9,787 nucleotides of DNA, taken from positions 1 through 9,787 of the forward strand of contig NW_021827819.1 in NCBI RefSeq assembly GCF_006345805.1. Direction: 5' to 3'. Positions 1 through 7,795 of the stretch are shown one piece after another. The stretch's first letter is position 1; each line of letters starts with the position of its first letter. The position numbers and the translations under genes were made by a program. The stretch is from Octopus sinensis. Taxonomy: Eukaryota. A model generated the notes under the pieces. That model saw only the letters and a list, made by a program, of their open reading frames with translations. It was not told where the DNA came from and did no database searches.

Positions 1-136
1 ATTACTTATTTTGCCAGCTGAGTGAATTGGAGCAATGTGAAATGAAGTGTTTTGCTCAAGAACACGTGTCACCCGGTCCAGGAATCGAAACCAATCTTAC
101 CATCATGATGCTGACCACTAAGCCACGTGCCTCCAC
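1..136 (-). mobile_element. tRNA-derived SINE, 5' part (3' end lies outside the window)
   Basis: The minus strand reads GTGGAGGCACGTGGCTTAGTGGTCAGC...GGTTTCGATTCCTGGACC. Pol III A-box TGGCTTAGTGG is at 125-115 and B-box GGTTTCGATTCC at 92-81. The body shares exact 14-nt (50-63) and 17-nt (28-44) blocks with the + strand copy at 3021-3034 and 3041-3057. Confidence 0.85.
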
Positions 137-171
137 ACATACATATATACATATACATATATACATGTGCA

Positions 172-331
172 TCTGAGTGCATCTTTGTGCTTGTCACCAT
201 GAGCTCTCAACAACTGGTGTTGGTTTTTTTTTATCTCAGGAACTTAGCAGTTCATCAAAAGAGACTGAGTTTGATACATTTGACTAAAACCTTGAAAGTG
301 TTGCTCCAGCATGGTCATAATCTGATAAAAG
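172..331 (+). mobile_element. Degenerate 3' fragment of a SINE-type interspersed repeat
   Basis: The motifs AACTTAGCAGTTC..CAAAAGAGAC and GTGTTGCTCCAGCATGGTCA...TAAAAGA match a common octopus repeat as I recall it. There is no second copy in the window, so this is recognition only. Confidence 0.45.
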
Positions 332-333
332 AT

Positions 334-393
334 ACACACACACACACACACACACACGTACATACACACACACCACACACACACATGCACACA
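334..393. repeat. (CA)n microsatellite
   Basis: Directly visible. Confidence 0.95.
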
Positions 394-409
394 TAAAAAC
401 GCACATCAG

Positions 410-826
410 CTTCGCCTTACTGGCACTTGTGCCCCGTGCTAGTAGGGTGCTAAGAGCACCATCGGAGCGTGATCGTTGCCAGAGCGGCTAACTGGCTTCC
501 GTGCCAGTGGCATGTAGGAGGCACCATTCGAGCGGGATCGTTACCAGTATCACCTTATTGGCACCTGTGCCGTTGGCAAGTGTAAAAAAACAAAAAATTC
601 CAGCGAGGTCATTGCCAGTACCACCTGACTGGCCCCCATGCCGGTGGCAAGTAAAAGCACCCACTACACTCTCGGAGTGGTTGGCGTTAGGAAGGGCATC
701 CAGCTGTAGAAACTCTGTCAGATCAAGACTGGAACCTGGTGCAGCCATCTGGTTCGGCAGCTTCAGTCAAACCATCCAACCCATGCTAGCATGGAAAGTG
801 GACGATTAAACGATGATGATGATGAT
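410..826 (+). mobile_element. RTE-type retroelement 3' region with internal ~65-72 bp tandem units and a (GAT)n tail
   Basis: It ends GGTTGGCGTTAGGAAGGGCATCCAGCTGTAGAAAC...CCAACCCATGCTAGCATGGAAAGTGGACGATTAAACGATGATGATGATGAT. It is clearly homologous to the inverted copy at 5170-5510. The RTE assignment rests on the recalled tail motif and the short-repeat tail. Confidence 0.75.
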
Positions 827-855
827 ATGGACACATTCAAATTGCACACAATACA

Positions 856-883
856 TCTCTCTCTTTCTCTCTCTCTCTCTCTC

Positions 884-948
<65 letters not shown>
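856..948. repeat. (CT)n/(GA)n microsatellite
   Basis: Directly visible, near-perfect polypyrimidine tract. Confidence 0.97.
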
Positions 949-952
<4 letters not shown>

Positions 953-1081
953 ATGTATCTATCTTTCCAAGCAGCTTCTAGACACTCTGTCTGCTTTCGC
1001 TATGTTCCCCATACAAAATTTCTCTGCATTACATATTTTCAATACATATTCATTCAATAGAACATATGAAAAGAACAGAAA

Positions 1082-1140
1082 CCACACACACACACACAAA
1101 AACAAATGTGCACCACACACACACACACACACACACACGA
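1082..1140. repeat. Interrupted (CA)n microsatellite
   Basis: Directly visible. Confidence 0.9.
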
Positions 1141-1449
1141 CATACAATGGCAAAAAAAGAAAAATGAAACAGAATTTAACACCCAGGAAGAAAAAAAAAA
1201 CACAAAGTGTAACAAGAAGAAAAGTGAGAGAGAGAGAAAAGAAAAGAGACTGATGAATATTTGAGGTGACATTAATTCGATTGAAGTCGAGACTTTTAAA
1301 ATAATGGCAAGAAGAGATGTAACAATGGATTGGAACAGGAATTCTTGCAGAGATTCTAAAGCAGATGCGTTCTTACAGACCATTATGTATCTATTAGGTA
1401 CATATATATTCAATACATACATAAATGTAAGCACGTTTATAGACATCTA

Positions 1450-1455
1450 TGTATA

Positions 1456-1519
<64 letters not shown>

Positions 1520-1544
1520 GTATATATATATGGGATATATGTAT

Positions 1545-1584
<40 letters not shown>

Positions 1585-1766
1585 CATACATACATATATA
1601 TATTCATATACATATAGGCACATTTATGTATATATATGTATATACATATATACATATATATATACATGCATATATACATACAAATATATATATTTATATA
1701 CATATAGGCACGTTTATATATGTATATATGTGTGTATATATACATATATATATATGTATATATGTG

Positions 1767-1797
<31 letters not shown>

Positions 1798-1980
1798 ACA
1801 TACATATGTATGTATATATATATACATACATATGTATGTATATATATATATATACATGCATATATATATGTATGTATATACACACTCACATGTATATATA
1901 GATAGAAAGATACATATGTATGTGTGTGTGTATATATATATATGTGTATACATGTATGTATGTATACGTGTATGTATATT
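1450..1980. repeat. Long compound (TA)n/(TACA)n/(TATG)n microsatellite
   Basis: Directly visible. It contains a duplicated CATATAGGCAC(A/G)TTTAT block at 1611 and 1701. Confidence 0.97.
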
Positions 1981-2487
1981 ATCTACATCTGTGTGTATGC
2001 ATGAAAGTGCGTATGAGCATTGCACACTCCTGCTTCATTCCACTCCTCGCTTACACCAAATTTGCATCTATTGTTACTGTTAACAACTCTAACACTATCA
2101 ACGCCACCACCACCACCACAACTACAATAAATACTAATACCACCCTGTTAAACCCCCCCCCCGTCTATGGCCATTGACCATCACAGTCAAAAACTAAATT
2201 ACTAAATTACTAAGGCAAGCACAGCATACTCTTATAAAATCAGGCTAAAAACATTAATCCTATTTTTCCAACTCTGTTTTGTCATTTCTTTTCTTGGAAC
2301 TGTCATGGTCCAGTCTCGACAATCAACAATAAAACGGATGATGATTTTAAATGACAGGTTACTCGTATTTTCCTCAGTTTAAATTCCAGCCAGTTCCATT
2401 TCATATTCCACCAGCCCTATCTTCTCTGATAATGAAAGCCAACAAGGGAGCTTTTTGTTTTGTTTTTTTTGTTTTTGTAATGACTTG

Positions 2488-2908
2488 ATCAGCTACAAAT
2501 AGCAGCTAAATCTCCTTCAAATCTCTGTCTATGTCTTCAGAAGTAAACTTATTAGTGTGATCTTAGGTTCCTTGAAAAGAACAAATGTGATGATCAAGAC
2601 GGCGAGCTGGCAGAAATGTTAGCACGTCGGACGAAATGCGTAGCAGTATTTCGTCTGCCGTTACGTTTTGAGTTCAAATTCCGCCGAGGTCAACTTTGCC
2701 TTTCATCCTTTCGGGGTCGATAATTAAGTACCAGTTACGCACTGGGGTCGATATAATAGACTTAATTCGTTTGTCTGTGCTTGTTTGTCCTCTCTGTGTT
2801 TAGCCCCTTGTTTGCAGTAAAGAAACAGATCATGGCTGGAATACCTTTGAGCATATTTTACTCGAGGAAGGCTAACCTGGGGCTAACCTGGGGTTAAACA
2901 ACAAAAAC
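2488..2908 (+). mobile_element. Older interspersed repeat (2488-2596 plus 2828-2908) ending in an (AAC)-like tail, split by a SINE insertion
   Basis: The left arm (AATAGCAGCTAAATCTCCTTCAAATC) and right arm (CATGGCTGGAATACCTTTGA...GCTAACCTGGGGTTAAACAACAAAAAC) resemble two parts of one recalled octopus repeat. GATCA is duplicated at the junctions. Confidence 0.45.
2597..2827 (+). mobile_element. Apparently full-length tRNA-derived SINE with a conserved central domain (probably Meta-type)
   Basis: A-box-like TGGCAGAAATGTT at 2608-2620 and B-box GAGTTCAAATTCC at 2670-2682. The central block is GCCTTTCATCCTTTCGGGGTCGATAATTAAGTACCAG and the end is A-rich (GTAAAGAAACA). Candidate target-site duplication GATCA at 2592-2596 and 2828-2832. 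Confidence 0.85.
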
Positions 2909-2958
2909 ATAAGGGGTTAAATATTTACTTTACCACTACTTGCTTGCATGTATATGAG

Positions 2959-3207
2959 TGGGTGTTGCAGTCATAATCACAAGATTGCGGTTTCACTTCC
3001 TGGACCAACCATTGCATTGAGTTCTTGAGCAAAAGCCCTGCATTTCACATTGCTCCAGTCCACTCAACCACAACTAGGGTCCCTACAATGAACCAGCATC
3101 CTGTTCAGGGGATAATTTTGTGATTTCAGGTATTTATGTATGACATGGTAACTGAGTATCAGACCCTATGAGTACAAGGACTCAAGATGGTAACATCCAG
3201 TAGTTGT
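2959..3207 (+). mobile_element. Degenerate tRNA-derived SINE running into a (GAT)n tail
   Basis: Homologous to the 1-136 copy (GTTCTTGAGCAAAA and CATTTCACATTGCTCCA are identical). It has a decayed B-box (GGTTTCACTTCC, 2989-3000) and is followed directly by GATGATGAT. Confidence 0.7.
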
Positions 3208-3643
3208 TGATGATGATGATGATGTTGATGATGATGGTGCTGATGCTGATGATATTGATGATGATGAAGATGATGATGATGATGATGATGATGACGACAA
3301 CAACAACTATGACGACTGTAATGATAATGATGATGACGATGATGATTACGACAACGATGACGACAGTGACGATGATGATGATGATGAGGCTGATGTTGGC
3401 AACAATGATGATGATGATGACGACGATGCTGCTGCTGATGATGATGATGATGACCATGACATTGATGAGACTGGTAATGAGGCTGATGATGATGACAGCG
3501 TTGATGATGATGTTGGTGGTGACGCTAATGAGGATGCTAATGGTGATGATGATGATGATGATGATGACAACGACAACGATGACGACAGTGACGATGATGA
3601 TGATGATGATGATGATTATGATGATGATGATGATGATGCTGAC
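3204..3643. repeat. Degenerate (GAT)n/(GAC)n trinucleotide array
   Basis: Directly visible; source of the poly-M and poly-I pseudo-ORFs. Confidence 0.95.
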
Positions 3644-4247
3644 AAAAACACAAACCATTGAAGATATTGTCATGGCATCACCAAAATCTAATGACTAAGA
3701 ATAAAAGAATACAGCAAAGAGAAAATATAGCAAAAACAAATATATATATATATATATTTTTTTTTAAATCAACATTTCTGATTGTCATGAATTAAAAGAA
3801 ATTTGTTTTTTACTTTTTTTAAAATTTTTTTTTCTCATTTCAAATTCTCTATTTTGAATAGAATAAAAATATGGTTCTGATTCCAAAGAGGAATACGTGT
3901 GAACCTTTAGAATTCCAAGTTCCACTAAGTTGCACTTATAATTGATGTTTTCTTTTTTTGCTTTTTTTTACCTTTTATTCATTGTTTTTTATATATTTAT
4001 ATTTTTATACATTTATTCCCAATTTATTATATTTTGCTTTTATAAAAATCCTTCATGAATATTGTTCAAATAATGCTTTCACAGAGTTTATTTTTGCAAC
4101 GGTTCCAAGTTTAGCGCTTCTGATCAAAACAATATTCCACACAGCTGCAACAATCCCCTGCTTGTTTACAGACCACACGTCTAATTAACCGAGTGACTTT
4201 CGTTCTTGTAATTAAAATATAAATAGCTACTATCCAATTGTAGTAAA

Positions 4248-4923
4248 TTGTTGTTGTTGTCAGTAGTAGTAGTAGTAGTATTAGTAGTAGTAGTAGTAGT
4301 GATAGCATCACCGTCGTCGTCGTCGTCATTTTCATCTCAATCTTCATCCTCTTCACCGTCGCCATCACAGTCATTTTCTTCATTGTTACCATCATCATCA
4401 TCATCATCATCGCCATAGTCATCACCAGCAACAGCAGTAGTAGCTACATCATCATCATCATCGTCGTCGTCGTCGTCGTCGTCGTCATCATCACCAGCAA
4501 CAGCAGCAGTATGTGCATCATCATCATCATCATCATCATCGTCGTCGTCACCAGCAACAGCCGCAGTAGTTGCATCATCATTACCATCATCAGCATCAGC
4601 AGCATTCCTATTACCATGATCACCATCACCACCATATCATCATCGTCATCATCATTGTCATCATCATCATCACCAGCAACAGTAGCCGTATCTGCAACAT
4701 CATCATCATAATCATCATCATCGTCGTCGTCGTCGTTGTCGTCATCACAACCAACAGTAGCAGTAGCTGCATCATCATTATTATTATCATCAGCAGCAGT
4801 AGCAGCATTCCTATTACCATGATCACCATAGTTATCATCAACCTCATTGTCATCATCATCATCATCGTCACCATCATCATCATCATTATCATCATCGTCA
4901 TCATCACCAGTAGCAGCATCATT
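4248..4923. repeat. Compound (TTG)(TAG)(CAT)(CGT)(CAG) trinucleotide array with higher-order units
   Basis: Directly visible. It has recurring ACCAGCAACAG blocks and an exact 28-nt block at 4598 and 4801. Confidence 0.95.
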
Positions 4924-5075
4924 GTTTAACATCCATTTGTCCATGTTTTTGTGGAGGTGGATTTCCTATGGCCAGATGCTCTTCCTGTCAATAACACTCA
5001 CCTGTTTTCAGATAGCATAATATTTTCCTTTCTGGTCAGATATATTTTCCATGGAAGAGCGGAAACAAACAACCT
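4924..5075 (-). mobile_element. Old RTE-type 3' end fragment
   Basis: CATCATTGTTTAACATCC mirrors CATCATCGTTTAACGTCC at 5183-5200, and CCAGATGCTCTTCCTGTCAATAAC mirrors CTGGATGCCCTTCCTAACGCCAAC at 5299-5322. Confidence 0.6.
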
Positions 5076-5114
5076 AAATTGCATGCTTATGTCTAGACTT
5101 GGCTATGCACAAGC

Positions 5115-5139
5115 ACACACACTCTCACACACACACTCT

Positions 5140-5165
<26 letters not shown>
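5115..5165. repeat. (CA)n microsatellite
   Basis: Directly visible. Confidence 0.9.
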
Positions 5166-5169
<4 letters not shown>

Positions 5170-5170
<1 letters not shown>

Positions 5171-5674
5171 CATCATCATCATCATCATCGTTTAACGTCC
5201 GTTCTCCATGCTAGCATGGGTTGGACGGTTCGACCGGGGTTCTGCGAAGCCAGAAGGCTGCACCAGGCTCCAGTCTAATCTGGCAATGTTTCTACAGCTG
5301 GATGCCCTTCCTAACGCCAACCACTCCGTGAGTGTAGTGGGTGCTTTACGTGTGCCACCTGCACAGTTGCCAGGCAAGGCTGGCAACGGCCATGGTCGGA
5401 TTGGTGTATTTTATGTGCCACAGCACGGAAGCCAGTCGAGGCGGTGCTGGCATCGGCCACGAGTCGGATAGTGCTTTTTACGTACCACCAGACCAGGGAT
5501 CCTGGCTGGTTCAATTCGATTTCGATTTCGCTTGCCCCAACATGTCTTCACAAGCAAAGGGGGTTGGCATGGGTGTCTGTCGTCAGATGAGGTTCTATAT
5601 CGACTTCGCTTGCCTCAACAGGTCTTTGTGTCCAAGGGAGGAAAGGCATTCATAAGTGGGCTGGGCTCACTTGT

Positions 5675-5676
<2 letters not shown>
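5170..5676 (-). mobile_element. RTE-type retroelement 3' region, inverted homologue of 410-826, with a (GAT)n tail
   Basis: Begins (CAT)6 CGTTTAACGTCCGTTCTCCATGCTAGCATGGGTTGGACGG and contains TTTCTACAGCTGGATGCCCTTCCTAACGCCAACCACTCC, then GTGCCAC tandem units. It is 5'-truncated at a (TA)n tract. Confidence 0.78.

Positions 5677-5712
<36 letters not shown>
5677..5712. repeat. (TA)n tract
   Basis: Directly visible. Confidence 0.97.
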
Positions 5713-5716
<4 letters not shown>

Positions 5717-5910
5717 TAATCCAAACGGGAAAACAGAAAAAACAACAACACATGGAACAATTACAGTATTATTATTATTAGGCGCTCAGGAAAATGGAAG
5801 AAGAAGGGTATGACGTTTCGAGCGGAGCTCTTCGTCGGAAAGATAGGAGAAAGAAAGATCCCGAGACGGGAGGACAGAGGAAAAAAAATTGCAGTAGTCT
5901 TCACGAGGTC
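5713..5910 (-). mobile_element. PLE-type terminal (pLTR-like) fragment, family C, with a degenerate hammerhead core
   Basis: The minus strand reads TATCTTT CCGACGA A GAGC TCC GCTC GAAA CGTC ATACCC...TTCCTGAGCGCC. It is homologous to 7796-7956 and 9550-9732, and its 3' end abuts (TA)n. Helix I is broken. Confidence 0.65.
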
Positions 5911-5994
5911 ACATACTGAAAGACGGAAGTAGTAAAAAAGGAGGAAAATGTTTTTTAAAAACAGGAGAGCTGAATCAAAGAGGGAATGGTAAAA

Positions 5995-7335
5995 AGGTGT
6001 GCGAGAAACGAGGGTGTGTGTGCGTGTGTGTGTATGTGTGTGTATGGTGGACAGTGGCTAGTAGCAGCAGTAGTAGTAGAATTAAAGGAGTGTGTGGGGG
6101 TACCCTAGCAAGTCAGAAAGGCAGATCAGAAACAGGGAGGTATGTGTGTGCGTGTTTGTTATGTTGTGTGTGTGAGTGTGTGCGTGTGCGTGTGTGTATG
6201 TGTGTGTGAGGCGAGATAAAAAACAAAAAATATGTATATTGTAGTGCGTGCAGGGCGAACAGATGATATAGCAAGTCTCGAGTGAGTGGTCAGTGGTTAA
6301 AAAAAGGAGGAAGGAGGGAAGAAGGGAAGGAGGGAAAGGGTGGGGGTGTATGTAACGTGCCAGTGTGTGTGTAGAGTGGTAGTGTGTCCAGTGTGCGTAG
6401 TTGTGTGTATGCAAGTAATTTGAAGTGTGTGTAAGTGTAATGTTATATATATGCAAATGTGTGTGTGAGTGGGTGTGGTATGTGTGTGCGTGTGTGTACA
6501 AAGAGGGGGGGTTAAGGAAAAAACTGCAGCGGAGGGGGGGAGGGGAAGATGGAAGAGTGGTCCCGCGGCGACAGGCGTGGGAGAACCCAAAGACACGCGC
6601 CGGCCCCAGATACGTACAGGAGATCTAGTCGGTCAAACCACGAGCGTGGTGCATGCATGCGTGTATGCGTGCGCGAACGTGCACAAGCGTGTATGTGCGC
6701 GCGCCTACGAGTGTGTGTGTAAGTATGTATGTGTGTGGATGTGTGAGTGTGTCTGTGTGTAAGTCTGGGTGTCAGTGTGTCCGATGAATGTATGTAAGTA
6801 TGTGTGTGTATATGTGTGTATATAGATGTATGTCCAGTGTGTGTGTGTGTGTATGTGTGAGTGTGATGTATGTACGTGTGTGTGTGGAAGTGTGTGTAGG
6901 TGCATGTGTATGCGCGTACATGCAGGTGTGTGAGTGAGTGTGTGTGTGTATGTATGTGTGAGTGTGTATGTCTGTGTGTGTAGGATGCATGTATGTGTAT
7001 GGGTGTATGTATGTGTGTGTGTGTGTATGTATGTGTACGTGCGTGTGTGTGTGTGTATGCATGTATGCATGTATGCGTATGCATGTGCGTATGTGTCTGT
7101 GTGTGTGTGCATGTGTGTAGTTATATATGTATGTATGTGTGTGTATGTGCGTACATGTGTGTGTATGCATGTGTGTGTATGTAGGTGTGTAGGCGTGTGT
7201 GTATAGGTGTATGTATGTAAGTATGTATGGGTGTGTCCGTGTGTGTGTGTGTGTGTATGCATGTGTGTGTATGTAGGTGTGTGGGCGTGTGTGTATAGGT
7301 GTATGTATGTATGTATGTATGGGTGTGTCCGTGTG
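5995..7335. repeat. GT-rich low-complexity block, (GT)n/(GTAT)n/(GTGC)n, with GA-rich and CpG-rich unique inserts
   Basis: Directly visible, strongly strand-asymmetric alternating purine-pyrimidine sequence. Confidence 0.9.
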
Positions 7336-7359
7336 TATATATATATATATATATATATA

Positions 7360-7620
7360 GAATGGTTGTATACTGTCAATCTAACACGAACGTGACAGTA
7401 GGGGGGTACACCACCGCTGTATAGCCCTAGGAAGCATCGACACCTCCTGATGGCTTTGACACATTTTCCCTGTGTCCTTATATACATTTACGAAGGGGAG
7501 ACAAACACCCCCAGCCGCCGGAGCTGCATCTAGGGACACGTGTTTCAGGATCATTGTCCTTCATCGGCCTAGAGTAGCAGACACCGGTCAGCTGGCGATA
7601 TTTGTCTCGACTTCGTATTG
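7360..7620 (-). mobile_element. Hammerhead-bearing PLE-type terminal fragment, family A
   Basis: A relatively GC-rich unique segment that carries the 7580-7524 hammerhead. Its minus-strand 3' end abuts (TA)n at 7336-7359. The right boundary is approximate. Confidence 0.55.
7524..7580 (-). ncRNA. Type I hammerhead ribozyme motif (U4C core variant)
   Basis: CUGC-UAC-UCUAGG CCGAUGA AGGA-CAAUGA-UCCU GAAA CACGU GUC|CCUAGA-U-GCAG. Helix I has 6 bp plus 4 bp and helix II has 4 bp. Helix III is the palindrome ACACGUGU. The GUC site predicts cleavage between 7535 and 7534. Confidence 0.8.
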
Positions 7621-7741
7621 TATATATCTATAATTCTATATAGTATGACTAACATCTTTCTTTATTGAATTGTTTAATACTGGTTTTCTCTAAATTATAT
7701 ACATATAAGTGTGTGCATATATATATATATATTATATATAT

Positions 7742-7795
<54 letters not shown>

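Noticed and set aside
410-660. CRISPR-like regular ~65-70 bp periodicity
   Set aside because: Whole units are homologous (no unique spacers), the context is eukaryotic, and it lies inside a retroelement 3' region.
488-809. ORFs 488-748, 501-809 and their relatives at 5192-5813
   Set aside because: They lie in the non-coding 3' region of the RTE-type repeat. The similarity between them (TTLSEWLALGRASSCRN) just reflects DNA repeat homology, and there are no RT or endonuclease motifs.
1304-1400. Unique stretch [31 protein letters not shown] followed by AG/GTACAT, a possible exon
   Set aside because: No recognisable homology, a weak donor and no convincing acceptor. It would need RNA-seq or BLAST support.
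1304-2177. Many long ORFs rich in Y/I/H/T/C/V/M (also 127-396, 791-1446, 5997-7487, 7649-8005 and 8333-8930)
   Set aside because: They are translations of TA/CA/CT/GT microsatellites that lack stops by construction; no domain motifs.
2230-2430. Minus-strand peptide EKIGLVEYEMELAGI*TEENTSNLSFKIIIRFIVDCRDW considered as a LINE C-terminal relic
   Set aside because: It has an in-frame stop and no convincing conserved residues.
2597-2690. tRNA gene (also 81-136)
   Set aside because: A and B boxes are present, but there is no acceptor stem or cloverleaf and no T-run terminator, and they continue into SINE bodies.
4085-4195. Possible short exon after a pyrimidine-rich tract (TTTCACAG/AGTTT...)
   Set aside because: All forward frames stop by ~4190 and no peptide is recognisable; unsupported without transcript data.
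3182-4944. Poly-Met, poly-Ile, poly-Ser, poly-His and acidic poly-Asp ORFs (the 4444-4944 frame superficially resembles an acidic biomineral protein)
   Set aside because: All frames of the trinucleotide arrays are open. The Asp frame shifts to Met mid-way through a 1-bp deletion, and the array adjoins a retroelement tail.
5584-5610. CAGAUGA-GG...UC hammerhead-like half motif
   Set aside because: No GAAA follows and no helix I or III can be formed.
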